Positions 37,266 to 47,674 of a stretch of 64,000 nucleotides of DNA are shown here, in pieces. Numbering within the stretch: position 1 is the first letter of the stretch; the number at the start of each line of letters is the position of its first letter. The translations under genes were made by a program, and so were the position numbers. The stretch comes from an uncultured virus (IMG/VR IMGVR_UViG_3300042396_000075) (Duplodnaviria > Heunggongvirae > Uroviricota > Caudoviricetes). Below the pieces are notes generated by a model. It did not search any database and was not told the DNA's origin. It saw only the letters and a list, made by a program, of their open reading frames with translations. Location of the stretch: IMG/VR virus record IMGVR_UViG_3300042396_000075, one strand, 5' to 3'.

Positions 37266-39737
37266 ATGTCTAAACTGTGGGATTCATTATCTAAAGAAGA
37301 ACAAGATAAAAGAACTGCACTACAAGTTATCTCTGAGGAAGATATGCTTTGCCTATCGGAACATAAATACTGGGATGCATACAATGCTAACCCTGATGAG
37401 GGTATCCCTGAGCAAACATTGATTGACGCATGTGTCATCCATCTTACACCCTTCTACCAGCAATGGATAGATACGGTATCACAGAATAGGAAGACACCTG
37501 AATGGGCATTCCCTTTGTTTGCTGTTGGTGCTGCTAAGATGGCAGACATTACTATTAGATCACTGATTCTCGAATGGTTTAACTCTGCTTTCTGGGAGCG
37601 TAAGTATGAGAACGATCTGTTCCCATTGCCTACTGCTCAACACATAGCACATGTTATATCTGAGATGGTAGTGGAGATTGTAGCCTATCAACAGGCTAAG
37701 AAACAATTCCGTGAGGATTGGCTCAAGCAATCCCACTACCAGAAGAAGTGGACTACTAAGAGATGCAAGGCGTTTGCCTATAAGATGGGTACTCTTAATA
37801 AGAAAACCTTCTCAAGGAAACAACGAGAAGACTTTGGTCATCACATGCTACGCATAGCAGAGATGTCTGAGGTCATTAACTTAAAGAACATTCGTAAGCA
37901 TACAGGCAAGCGATGGAGTGAGCGTGTAGTAGTTACCTTTACTGATGACATATTGAGTGAACTTAATAAGCGTCATCAGGATGTGATTGCTACCGCTGCC
38001 CTGCTGTATCGACCAATGATTATCCCACCAATTAAACATACTCTAAGTAGTAGTGGTGGGAATCTACTACCCCATATCCGTAAGCCTGTAGTACAGAAGT
38101 TTAAGGATGTGATGTGGGATGAGAAGGTACACCAGAATGGTAGCCTTCCATCAGAGATAGTAGTCACTGGTCTTAATGCTATGATGCATACCGAATGGTC
38201 TATCAATGAGCGAGTGCTAGAGATAATGACTGCACTCTTTAAGAACAACACACGAGATGCTAACCTTCCCGTGTATGACTTCTCAGCCTTTGACTTTGCT
38301 GATCCCTATCCTAAGGATGGGACTAAAGAAGAGAAGGCTAAGTGGTGTCAGCTCAAGGAAGAAACATATAGCAATTGGTATAAGGAAGAACGATCACGAG
38401 GTCGTATGCTTGTCCGGATTAAACTTGCACAATCATTAATCCCTTTGAAGTTCTTCTATCATATCTATACCTGTGACTTCCGTGGTCGTGCTAATGCAGC
38501 ATGTGATCTACTTAGTCCACAGTCAAGTGACTTTGATCGTGGTCTTATTCAGTTTGCTCAGCCAAGGAAACAAACATCCATTGGTTTGTATTGGTTAAAG
38601 ATTCATGTCGCTAATCTATTCGATCAGGACAAGACAACCTTTGATCAACGAGTTAAGTGGGTCGATGATAACATGGACATGCTTAAGAGAATCAATGATG
38701 ATCCCTATGCTACCCGCTCTGAGTGGGTATCACATAAGAAGAAAAAGAATCCAAGCTTCCAGCGTATCGCTGCTGTCTTTGATCTGTGTCGTACTGATGG
38801 GTTAACTCAAGTGCCTGTGCAAATGGATGGTTCATGTAATGGTGTTCAGCATTGGGCTGCACTTATGCGTGACCCTTATCTTGCCAAGAAGGTTAACCTC
38901 ATACACACTAACAAGCCCGAAGATTTGTATCAGTATGTTGCTGATGTGATGACATCTAACATGGTGTCAGTACAGGATGCAGATACTAACAATGGAAAAT
39001 GGGCGAAAAAATTTATAGAGTATTGGGAGGGTGACATTGACCGCTCTGTTTGTAAGAGAGCAGTAATGACTGATCCCTATGGTGTTACCTTCTATGGTAT
39101 TCGCAGGTACTGTAAGACTGAGGGTCACCTTGATTGGGTTGGTAAGGATGAGATTGCTGGTGCTGTTGTTGAGTTAGCTACCTTCATTGATGCTGCCCTC
39201 AAGGGTACATTGGTCGAGGCTAACAAGGGCAAGGCATGGCTCAAGGTGGTGGCTGATATGGCTAGTGAGTTAGGTAAGAATGTTGAGTGGACTACCCCGT
39301 GTGGGTTTAAAGTAGTACACCAATACTATGAGATACTAACTAGACGATCAGTCGCTAAGCTATTCGATATGAAAGAGTTACACTTTGGCTCACCCGATAA
39401 GGAAACAATTGATGGTGGCTCAGTTAACCTAGCCATCTCCCCTAACTATATTCACTCACTTGATGCAAGTCATATGTGGTGTACCATATATAGAATGGTG
39501 GGTGCTGGTATTGAGCAGTTCAGTATGATCCATGATTCATATGGTTGTCCTGCACCTGATGTTAATCTAATGCGTATGTTTACTAATGAAGAGTTCTGTG
39601 CTATGCATACGACCAATCTATTAGATGACATGCGGATCGAAGTATCAAAAGCATTGAAGATTACAGTACCTGATGCACCACCTACTGGTTTATTAAACAT
39701 TAAGGATGTTTTAGATGCGGAGTATTTCTTCCAATGA
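37266..39737 (+). CDS. T7-type single-subunit DNA-dependent RNA polymerase
   Basis: DFRGR, DGSCNGVQH (motif A), RSVCKRAVMTDPYG (motif B), PNYIHSLDASH, IHDSYG (motif C). Confidence 0.98.
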   Translation: MSKLWDSLSKEEQDKRTALQVISEEDMLCLSEHKYWDAYNANPDEGIPEQTLIDACVIHLTPFYQQWIDTVSQNRKTPEWAFPLFAVGAAKMADITIRSLILEWFNSAFWERKYENDLFPLPTAQHIAHVISEMVVEIVAYQQAKKQFREDWLKQSHYQKKWTTKRCKAFAYKMGTLNKKTFSRKQREDFGHHMLRIAEMSEVINLKNIRKHTGKRWSERVVVTFTDDILSELNKRHQDVIATAALLYRPMIIPPIKHTLSSSGGNLLPHIRKPVVQKFKDVMWDEKVHQNGSLPSEIVVTGLNAMMHTEWSINERVLEIMTALFKNNTRDANLPVYDFSAFDFADPYPKDGTKEEKAKWCQLKEETYSNWYKEERSRGRMLVRIKLAQSLIPLKFFYHIYTCDFRGRANAACDLLSPQSSDFDRGLIQFAQPRKQTSIGLYWLKIHVANLFDQDKTTFDQRVKWVDDNMDMLKRINDDPYATRSEWVSHKKKKNPSFQRIAAVFDLCRTDGLTQVPVQMDGSCNGVQHWAALMRDPYLAKKVNLIHTNKPEDLYQYVADVMTSNMVSVQDADTNNGKWAKKFIEYWEGDIDRSVCKRAVMTDPYGVTFYGIRRYCKTEGHLDWVGKDEIAGAVVELATFIDAALKGTLVEANKGKAWLKVVADMASELGKNVEWTTPCGFKVVHQYYEILTRRSVAKLFDMKELHFGSPDKETIDGGSVNLAISPNYIHSLDASHMWCTIYRMVGAGIEQFSMIHDSYGCPAPDVNLMRMFTNEEFCAMHTTNLLDDMRIEVSKALKITVPDAPPTGLLNIKDVLDAEYFFQ

Positions 39738-39973
39738 CTAAGGTATTTAAAGTTACTAGTGAGGGTGATCTAGAAGAAGCAGTAAGATTGTTTACTGCCT
39801 TAGCTGCATCTGTTAAAAAGAAAAAGAGAATATCCTTTTGGTTTCCAACGGAAGCCCTTAGTGATATCTTCTTACAAGCTGCGTACCTAGACTTCTCTAT
39901 GCGAAACATAGAGCCGCAACCAAACATGAATGTAGAAATTTTTATTGAAGGAGAACCTGATGACAGCGATTAA
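39734..39973 (+). CDS. Hypothetical protein
   Basis: ATGA overlap with the RNAP stop. Confidence 0.6.
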   Translation: MTKVFKVTSEGDLEEAVRLFTALAASVKKKKRISFWFPTEALSDIFLQAAYLDFSMRNIEPQPNMNVEIFIEGEPDDSD

Positions 39974-40187
39974 GATGACTGTGTTACAGAACTTGAAGCC
40001 ACATAGGCGATTGACAGGACAGAAGTGGAGAGATGGTGATCTCTATGATAGTTGGAATCAATTGCAGAAGGATCACTTTGATGGACTCATTGATCTCTAT
40101 GCACCTATTGTTGAAGCAGGTCGTGAGCCTATGCCATCCGTTGCACAACAATGGAAAGATGCATACAAGTGGAGAAACCATAAGTGA
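39960..40187 (+). CDS. Hypothetical protein
   Basis: ATG after AAGGAG; coupled to the next gene. Confidence 0.55.
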   Translation: MTAIKMTVLQNLKPHRRLTGQKWRDGDLYDSWNQLQKDHFDGLIDLYAPIVEAGREPMPSVAQQWKDAYKWRNHK

Positions 40188-40840
40188 GTAGAGTATTAGT
40201 AATTGGAGACACTCACTTCCCTGCTGTCCTTGATGGTTACCTTCAGTTCGTGAAGGATATCAAGGCAGAGTATAAGTGTGACACCATCGTACATATCGGT
40301 GACATCGTTGACCATCATTGCATTAGCTTCCATGCTAAGCATCCGGATCATCCGGGTGCGGTGAGTGAGTACCGCAATGCAATGGAACAGATTAAGGAAT
40401 GGAAGGCTACCTTTAAGAACATGGTAGTTACAATTGGTAACCATGATGAGCGTGTGCTTCGACTTGCAGGTGATGCAGGTATCCCTGACTTTTACTTGAA
40501 GACTTATAATGAAGTCTACAATACCAAGTGGTCATGGGTAAAGAACCATACCGTTGATAGAGTCTTCTATCATCATGGTACTGGTGGCTCTAGTATGTAC
40601 CCCTCGTTTAACACAGCCAAGGCACTTGGTATGTCTGTTGTAGCAGGGCATCATCACTCATGTGCTGGTATTAACTGGCAGGTCAGCCCTCTCAATGCTA
40701 TCTTCGGTATGAATGTAGGTTGTGGTGTAGACCGCAAGCACATTGGCATGAAGTATGGTGAGAACAATATCAAGAAGCCCGTGATTAGTTGTGGTGTTGT
40801 CATTAATGGCGCACCCTATTTAGAACTGATGCCACTATGA
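40184..40840 (+). CDS. Calcineurin-like metallophosphoesterase
   Basis: GDTH, GDIVD, GNHD, HHG and GHHH motifs. Confidence 0.92.
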   Translation: MSRVLVIGDTHFPAVLDGYLQFVKDIKAEYKCDTIVHIGDIVDHHCISFHAKHPDHPGAVSEYRNAMEQIKEWKATFKNMVVTIGNHDERVLRLAGDAGIPDFYLKTYNEVYNTKWSWVKNHTVDRVFYHHGTGGSSMYPSFNTAKALGMSVVAGHHHSCAGINWQVSPLNAIFGMNVGCGVDRKHIGMKYGENNIKKPVISCGVVINGAPYLELMPL

Positions 40841-41406
40841 AAATAACAATTGATTTACCCTATGTAGTTGAACCGCATGGTTCTATTAATCACCAAGTCT
40901 TATTAAACATGGTGATAGAAGCACATGCTAACTCAGCAAGGAATAATCCTAACGCTAGTTCAATGGCATGTCTTAATGCGAGTGGTACAACAGGACGCTT
41001 AGAGAATGCATTAGCTTCGGCTATCTTAACTCTTGGTCTTTACCATGCGCCTATCTCTGAGGCTCGTCTGATGTTGATCACATCTACTAGAGATATAGTA
41101 GACATCCTCAATAGGAAGATTCCTATTGCTGGCTTTGGTAATTCATTCTATAAGGATGGCATTGACCCGGCTTGGCAAGAGGTAGCAAACTATATCGAAG
41201 CGTACCATCCGTGGTATCACTTTAGAATACAAGAGATCAAGAGTATTATTGGTCAGCAAACTCAGAAAAACATTTATCCTAATGCTGCTATGTATAGTGC
41301 AGTCTTATGTGAGATCCTAGGATTTAAGGAAGGCACAGAGATTTCTCTGTTCATCCTTGCCCGTATCCCTACATGGACAGACATGGTGGTAAATCAAAAG
41401 ACTTAA
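40837..41406 (+). CDS. Citrate synthase / citryl-CoA lyase-fold protein, catalytically divergent
   Basis: NASS, LGLYHA, IAGFGNSFYKDGIDP, YPNAAMYSA and LFILARIPTW correspond to citrate synthase signature motifs. Confidence 0.8.
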   Translation: MKITIDLPYVVEPHGSINHQVLLNMVIEAHANSARNNPNASSMACLNASGTTGRLENALASAILTLGLYHAPISEARLMLITSTRDIVDILNRKIPIAGFGNSFYKDGIDPAWQEVANYIEAYHPWYHFRIQEIKSIIGQQTQKNIYPNAAMYSAVLCEILGFKEGTEISLFILARIPTWTDMVVNQKT

Positions 41407-41412
41407 CATTAG

Positions 41413-41435
41413 CCCTATAGTTGGGGCTATAGAAG
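41413..41435 (+). promoter_or_regulatory. Putative phage RNAP promoter, copy 3
   Basis: CCCTATAGTTGGGGCTATAGAAG, intergenic, upstream of the SSB/replication genes. Confidence 0.55.
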
Positions 41436-41461
41436 ATATTATTTTTTAGAAAGGAGGAAAT

Positions 41462-41698
41462 ATGAATACTGAAACTAATACCGAGACTGAAACAAAGGAA
41501 CAAGTTCCTGCTATCCGTACCGATAGTGTTGTTGCGTATCTTAGTCAGCTTTCGGCTGGCTTAAGTCAGCTCGCATCTGGCATGAATACTATTGTAATGG
41601 ATTTGAATATGCAAGTTGACAATATCAACGCATCATTAAAGAAGGAAACTACGAATGAACAAGAGCAAGTTAAAGAAGATGCCACAGTTTGTAACTGA
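41462..41698 (+). CDS. Hypothetical coiled-coil protein
   Basis: AGGAGG RBS. Confidence 0.6.
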   Translation: MNTETNTETETKEQVPAIRTDSVVAYLSQLSAGLSQLASGMNTIVMDLNMQVDNINASLKKETTNEQEQVKEDATVCN

Positions 41699-42197
41699 AG
41701 TAGTCGAAGTTAAGTGGAGCAATCTACTTAAGCCAGACATTGCTTTCGGTGAGGCATCTGCCAACCATAACATTACTGTTGTCTTAGACAAGACACTTGA
41801 TAAAGTTCTCAAGGATATCCTTAAGAAGTCAGGTGCTACTAAGATCAATGGTATCATGGAGAAGGATGGATTGCGTACCTTCAAGGCTAAGAGCCGAGTA
41901 CATGTTGAGGAAGGTAAGTTCCCTTGTGTTGATTCACAGGCTACCCCAACCGATACCGTACCGTTTGGTGGAGATAAGGTAAGACTTAAGCTTTCACCAT
42001 GTGTTATCACACGAGACAATAGTCTTAGTGTGTACTTAAATGGCATTCAGATCATTGAGAAGAATGCCAACAACATTACAGGTGGTTCAGGTTTTGATGC
42101 AGTAGATGGTGGCTTCGTGTCAACCGCTACTCCAACTAAGTCTGCACCAGCACTTGTTAATGTTGAGGAAACAGAGGATGAAGATCTCCCATTCTAA
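41655..42197 (+). CDS. Single-stranded DNA-binding protein (T7 gp2.5-like)
   Basis: WSNLLKPD, GGDKVRL, YLNGIQII and acidic tail ETEDEDLPF. Confidence 0.85.
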   Translation: MNKSKLKKMPQFVTEVVEVKWSNLLKPDIAFGEASANHNITVVLDKTLDKVLKDILKKSGATKINGIMEKDGLRTFKAKSRVHVEEGKFPCVDSQATPTDTVPFGGDKVRLKLSPCVITRDNSLSVYLNGIQIIEKNANNITGGSGFDAVDGGFVSTATPTKSAPALVNVEETEDEDLPF

Positions 42198-42570
42198 TCA
42201 ATGGAGATTTAATCTGAATCCAGTTGCCGCATCAAGACCTAGGGTCGGTAAATGGGGAGCGTATTACACAGGTACTTATAAAGAGTTCAGAGAGAAAGCA
42301 GCAGAGGTAGTATGGGATATACTAGGCACAGACCTAGTACCCCTTACTGGTTCTCTTGCTGTTGACATTGAACTCTATGTTAAGAAGCCTAAGTCTACTG
42401 AGTTAGATGCTCCTCGCCCTGATATTGATAACTTTGCTAAAGCTATACTTGATACAATGAACAAGAAGGTTTGGGAAGATGACTCTCAAATCATTTCCCT
42501 AAATGTAACAAAGCAATGGGCAGCTACAGGTGAAGATGGTTACTTCACTCTGTCAGTAAGCAACCTATAA
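42178..42570 (+). CDS. rusA: RusA-family Holliday junction resolvase
   Basis: PVAASRPR, RPDIDNFAKAILD, WEDDSQI. Confidence 0.92.
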   Translation: MKISHSNQWRFNLNPVAASRPRVGKWGAYYTGTYKEFREKAAEVVWDILGTDLVPLTGSLAVDIELYVKKPKSTELDAPRPDIDNFAKAILDTMNKKVWEDDSQIISLNVTKQWAATGEDGYFTLSVSNL

Positions 42571-42653
42571 CTGGTGTATTGATTGGTCTTAGTCCAAGCA
42601 GTCCGGCACTTGTTGACTGAGATAGATCCGTTGACTTTATTGTCACCACCATA

Positions 42654-42687
42654 GGAAGGGAGGGGGAGAAATCCCCCTTCCTTTTTT
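42654..42687 (+). terminator. Rho-independent terminator
   Basis: AGGGGGA-GAAA-TCCCCCT followed by TCCTTTTTT. Confidence 0.75.
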
Positions 42688-42720
42688 CTAAAGTAAAATA
42701 CTTATCGGAGAAACAAAAGT

Positions 42721-43380
42721 ATGATATACGAAGAGATGTCCGTAAAACACTTACTCAAAATGGGTAGTGATAATACCGTAGTAGATGCTGCTCGTGTTTC
42801 TTTCGCTAAGGAAGCAGCCAACTACACTGAGCTACAGAATATAAAGCTTATTACTTATCTCGCTAAGCATAAGCATTGGAGTCCGTTTGCCCATTGTACC
42901 CTGCAGTTCCATATCAAGGCTCCGATCTTTGTTGCAAGGCAGCTAGCCAAGCATCAGGTTGGCTTCGCATGGAACGAAGTTAGTAGACGGTATGTAGACT
43001 ATGAGCCTACCTTCTGGTCACCACAGAGCAACTGGAGGGCAGCAGCAGAGAACAAGAAGCAAGGCTCCTCCTCTGAGCATGTAAAGGATAGCGCATTAGT
43101 ACAACAGTGTTATAATGAATCAATCAAATCTTCTCTCAGTACATACAGGCTCATGCTGTATGAGGGTGTCTGTCCTGAGCAAGCAAGGACAGTACTACCA
43201 CAGTCTATGATGACTGAGTGGTATTGGACTGGCTCCCTCTATGGTTTCAACAGGGTATGTCAGCTCCGTCTTGACCCACACGCACAGGATGAGTGCCGAC
43301 AAGTAGCACTAGCAATCTCAGACTGCTGTGCCAAAGCCTTTCCTATATCATGGATGGCATTGAATGGATCACTGGGTTAA
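42721..43380 (+). CDS. thyX: Flavin-dependent thymidylate synthase
   Basis: AARVSF, HWSPF, RQLAKHQVG, NEVSRRYV, PEQARTVLP, HAQDE. Confidence 0.97.
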   Translation: MIYEEMSVKHLLKMGSDNTVVDAARVSFAKEAANYTELQNIKLITYLAKHKHWSPFAHCTLQFHIKAPIFVARQLAKHQVGFAWNEVSRRYVDYEPTFWSPQSNWRAAAENKKQGSSSEHVKDSALVQQCYNESIKSSLSTYRLMLYEGVCPEQARTVLPQSMMTEWYWTGSLYGFNRVCQLRLDPHAQDECRQVALAISDCCAKAFPISWMALNGSLG

Positions 43381-43439
43381 TTGTTGGCTATAGGTAGTAA
43401 TAATTAGCAGACATACTCAAAAAGTGTAAAGTATATTTA

Positions 43440-44270
43440 ATGGATAAACTAAATGATTTAAAATTACAGGGTACTTCCCATATGGAAGGAACTTCTCAAC
43501 AAGATTTAATCACACTCCTACAAGAGGAACGCGATGCTGCTCGTACTGAACTGCTTGCGTATGATTCCTTGCATGGCAGGATAACACTAAAGCAAGCAGC
43601 TAAACTAAGACAATGGGGATACCTAATAAAGGAGGATTCAATTGGCAAAAGATAAACCGTGGCTCAAAGCTAAGAAGCGTGACAAGTCACAGTCAGGTAA
43701 GGGTGATAAGTATCGTCCAGTTGATCGTGAAATTTATGAAAAAAATTATGAAGCTATCTTTGGTAAACCAAAAGAAATAAATAAAGATGAATCTAAATGA
43801 ACTCGAAGAACTGGTATATGATCTGGCAGCACTTAGTCACAAGCTTGGTCGTATTGAAACGGATGGTACGACAAGTCAAAACAAGTACGATAAATTGGTT
43901 GACGAGCGTAACGATATCAAGGCATTAATTAGAACTGGCTTTAATCAAATGGCAGACAACACCACCTTAGGGTGGGGCAAGGGTAAAGATGAGTGAACTA
44001 GATGGATGGTTGCAAATGAATTTTCCTGTTGGGTCTTTTATAATACACTCTGATGCTGCAGGTATGGGTGGTGATGATAGATTGTACCTCCGCATACAGA
44101 TGTCTAATAAGAATGTTAACTTTATTGTTTACGAATCTGAGGATCCTAATGGATATCGAACAGATGAAGATCAGGCTATAGCAAGCTTTTGTTTTAGCCC
44201 AGAGTTTCTTATCAAGCTAGCAAAGATCGGATCAATTGATTTAAATGAGTCTATTCCAAAGCAAGACTGA
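43440..44270 (+). CDS. Four small hypothetical ORFs (43440-43655, 43642-43800, 43787-43996, 43989-44270)
   Basis: Overlapping ORFs; 43642 has a TTG start after GGAGG and a GKGDKYRP...NYEAIF motif. Confidence 0.55.
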
Positions 44271-45975
44271 GTGTCCACGCTGTGTACAGAATGGTGCAGA
44301 TCGTAGTGGTGACAACCTTGCAGTCTATGATGATCATGTGTATTGTTTTAAATGCAAGTATTACCGCTCTTCTAAAGGAACAGAGATGACAGATGAACTT
44401 ACTACAACAACCCCTAAAGAATTTAAAGTGCTCACTGGTTCTTACATTGATCTTGAGGATCGCGGCGTTACGGAAAAGACTTGCCGCATGTATGGCTATC
44501 AGGTAGCCAAGATCAATGGTAAGGAAGTACACATTGCTAACTACTATCAAAGTGGTGAGCTATTAGGACAACACCTTCGTGGTCCTAACAAACAGTTTGC
44601 TTGGCGTGGTAGTGCCAAAGGTTTAGAACTCTTTGGTCAGAACCTATGGAAGGCAGGAGGCAAGCGGCTTATCATTACTGAGGGTGAGATTGATTGTATG
44701 ACAGTCAACCAAGTACTCGGTGGTACATGGGCTGTCGTGTCTATCCCCAATGGTGCTACCTCTGCAGCCAAGTCTATCAAAGAGAATCTTGAGTTCATTA
44801 ACTCATACGCTGAAGTTGTCCTATGCTTTGATATGGATGAGGCAGGACAGAAAGCTACTATGGAAGTTGCTGATCTACTTCCTCCGGGTAAGTGCAAGAT
44901 TGCTAAGCTCCCATACAAGGATGCTAGTGAGTGCTACATGAATGCTCAGACCAAGCAATTGGTATCAGCACTATGGGAAGCACAGCAGTATTCTCCTGAT
45001 GAGATCATGCACATCTCTAAAGTTATCACAGACTCACAGTCTATGAACCATGCTCGTGTCTATCCCTTCCCTTACGATGGTCTATCAGAGTTCCTGATTG
45101 GTCAGCGTAGTGGAGAGATTACACTATGGGCATCCGGTACTGGGTCTGGTAAGTCTACTATACTTCGTGAGCTTATGATGCATCACTTAGTAGAGGGTCG
45201 TAGTGTTGGGTGTATCATGCTTGAGGAATCTCCACAGGAAACTATGGATGATATGATCAGCTTGATACTTAACAAACCAGTCCGTGCTATTAGAGCAGGA
45301 CGAATGATGAATGAATTGCGTACCATGCTTGGCAAGAAACAAATCAACATGGCTATGGTTGATGATCTTACTGATGAGGAATACGCAGCAGCTAAGGCAC
45401 AACTGTGTGGTACAAACTTCTATGTGTATGACCACTTAGGTAACAGTGCAATGGCTAATCTGCTGGCTCGTATGGAGTTCATGGCAACCTCCCTCAAGGT
45501 GGATGTCATTGTGCTTGATCATATCACCGCCGCTGCTGCAGGACTTATGAGTATGCAGACTAAGGATGTCGAGGGTGGTAACTCAGAGCGTATCATTATT
45601 GATACACTCATGAAGGAACTCCGTGCTATTGCTGTGCGTACAGGTGTGCATGTAGACATCGTATCACAACTCAAGAAGAGTGACAAGGCATACGAAGAGG
45701 GTGACCGTATTACCCTGCAAGATCTGCGTGGCTCCGGTGCATTGGCATCTGTACCTAACACAGTCATTGCTTTGGAGAGAGATCGACAGAACACAGATGA
45801 GAAGATTGCTAACACTACACTAGTGCGTGTACTCAAGAACCGTCTGACTGGTCGAGCAGGTATTGCAAGTACATTATATTATGACCATGTGTCAGGCAGA
45901 CTAGAAGAAATTGGATTCGCTATTGCTGAGGATGGCTCAGTAGTGTTTGAACCCGAACAACAACAGGAGTTCTAA
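44245..45975 (+). CDS. Primase-helicase (T7 gp4-like)
   Basis: Zn finger CPRC...CFKC, TOPRIM ITEGEID/FDMD, Walker A GTGSGKS, LDHI, LRGSG, KNRLTG. Confidence 0.97.
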   Translation: MSLFQSKTECPRCVQNGADRSGDNLAVYDDHVYCFKCKYYRSSKGTEMTDELTTTTPKEFKVLTGSYIDLEDRGVTEKTCRMYGYQVAKINGKEVHIANYYQSGELLGQHLRGPNKQFAWRGSAKGLELFGQNLWKAGGKRLIITEGEIDCMTVNQVLGGTWAVVSIPNGATSAAKSIKENLEFINSYAEVVLCFDMDEAGQKATMEVADLLPPGKCKIAKLPYKDASECYMNAQTKQLVSALWEAQQYSPDEIMHISKVITDSQSMNHARVYPFPYDGLSEFLIGQRSGEITLWASGTGSGKSTILRELMMHHLVEGRSVGCIMLEESPQETMDDMISLILNKPVRAIRAGRMMNELRTMLGKKQINMAMVDDLTDEEYAAAKAQLCGTNFYVYDHLGNSAMANLLARMEFMATSLKVDVIVLDHITAAAAGLMSMQTKDVEGGNSERIIIDTLMKELRAIAVRTGVHVDIVSQLKKSDKAYEEGDRITLQDLRGSGALASVPNTVIALERDRQNTDEKIANTTLVRVLKNRLTGRAGIASTLYYDHVSGRLEEIGFAIAEDGSVVFEPEQQQEF

Positions 45976-47666
45976 TGAAAGTATGTGTACTTGATATTGA
46001 AGGAAATGGTTTAGCTGAGTTGATATTAGATTCTAAAGGTAATCCTCACAAGGAAGTTACTCGTGTATTATGTGCAGCCACCAAGATTCCTAATCAAGAA
46101 CCAGTACTTTGGTTAGAACATCAGATGCCAGACCTTGTAAATTACCTCAAACAATTTGATGTTATTATCGGTCACAACATCTTGGGGTATGACTACCCGG
46201 TCATGCGTAGACTGTACAATATGGCTATGCCTAAGCGTATTGTTGATACACTTATCATCAGCAAGCTAATGCATCCAGACATCAACACTCACCCATTCAA
46301 AGACAACTCACTCAAGTCATGGGGTATACATCTTAACTTTCCTAAGTCAGAGTATACCTTGGGCTGGACTAGTTACAACCTAGAGATGGGCAAGTACTGT
46401 CAGCAGGACACTCGACTTGGCGAAGCTATCTTCAATAAACAAAAGAGTTTTATATCAGACAACAAAAATATTGTAGCCTTTGAGCATACAGTATCTACAA
46501 TTTTAATGGAGCAAGTGTGCAATGGATTTAATTATGACCTTGATGCCGGAGAAGAGTTGTATAAAAACCTTATGTTGGAAAAGCTTGGTATCGAAGATGA
46601 AATGCGTCAAGTCTTCCCTGACCGGGTTATCATTAGACATTCGCCCAAGACAGGCAAGAGACTCAAAGACAAAGTAGATACCTTTAATCCCGGTTCTCGA
46701 CAACAAATAGCTAACCGTCTTACCGAAAGGTATGGATGGAAACCACAAGAAACTGAGAAGGGAAACCCAAAGGTAGATGAATCCGTGTTGGCTGTGTTAG
46801 ACTATCCAGAAGCAAAGACACTCGTAAAGTATTTCAATGCAATCAAGTTAATGGGTATGGTTGAGGACTGGAACAGTCGATCAATCAATAGTCGAGACAG
46901 GCGTATACATGGCAACATCAATCCACAGGGTGCAGCGACAGGTCGTTGTACCCACAGTCAGCCCAACATAGCACAGGTAAGTGGTGATCACAGAGCAAGA
47001 GAACTCTGGCTATGTGATCCCAAGCAGGTGCTAGTTGGTGCTGACTTGTCGGGGCTAGAGCTTCGTATGCTTGCCCACTTCATGGCTAAGTATGACAACG
47101 GTGAGTATGGTAAAGTACTCCTAACAGGAGACATTCATACACACAATCAGAAGGCAGCTGGACTCAGCTCACGAGCATTAGCAAAGTCTTTTATCTATGC
47201 GTACCTCTATGGTGCGGGTGATAAGAAGATTGCTTTAGTTTGTAGTTGTAGTATTGGTGAGGCTAGGGGATTAAGAGAACGCTTTCAGAAAGAAATCCCT
47301 GCCCTTACTAAGGTGCAGGACATGGTAAAGTATGAGGCACTCAAGCACAAGGGTGTACTCCTGCCTGATGGTAGGCGTGTACCCGTGCGTAGTGAACACG
47401 CTGCCCTCAATACCCTGCTGCAGGGGTCAGGAGCCATCGTAAGCAAGTACTGGATGGTCGAGGCGTTCAAGTCTATCAAGGCAGCAGGAGCCAAGCAGCT
47501 GGCTTATGTGCATGACGAACTACAGTACTCGTGTCCGGTAGAGACTGCTGAAGGATTCGGTAAGGCTGTTACTGCTGCTGCTACTACAGCAGGTGAGATG
47601 TTAAAGATGAATATTCGTATTGATGCAGAGTACTGCATTGGTAAGTGTTGGGCTGATACACATTAA
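45975..47666 (+). CDS. Family A DNA polymerase (T7 gp5-like)
   Basis: Exo motifs DIE, GHNILGYD, YCQQD; pol motifs DLSGLELR, KSFIYAYLYG, VHDE. Confidence 0.97.
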   Translation: MKVCVLDIEGNGLAELILDSKGNPHKEVTRVLCAATKIPNQEPVLWLEHQMPDLVNYLKQFDVIIGHNILGYDYPVMRRLYNMAMPKRIVDTLIISKLMHPDINTHPFKDNSLKSWGIHLNFPKSEYTLGWTSYNLEMGKYCQQDTRLGEAIFNKQKSFISDNKNIVAFEHTVSTILMEQVCNGFNYDLDAGEELYKNLMLEKLGIEDEMRQVFPDRVIIRHSPKTGKRLKDKVDTFNPGSRQQIANRLTERYGWKPQETEKGNPKVDESVLAVLDYPEAKTLVKYFNAIKLMGMVEDWNSRSINSRDRRIHGNINPQGAATGRCTHSQPNIAQVSGDHRARELWLCDPKQVLVGADLSGLELRMLAHFMAKYDNGEYGKVLLTGDIHTHNQKAAGLSSRALAKSFIYAYLYGAGDKKIALVCSCSIGEARGLRERFQKEIPALTKVQDMVKYEALKHKGVLLPDGRRVPVRSEHAALNTLLQGSGAIVSKYWMVEAFKSIKAAGAKQLAYVHDELQYSCPVETAEGFGKAVTAAATTAGEMLKMNIRIDAEYCIGKCWADTH

Positions 47667-47674
47667 GGAGACAC

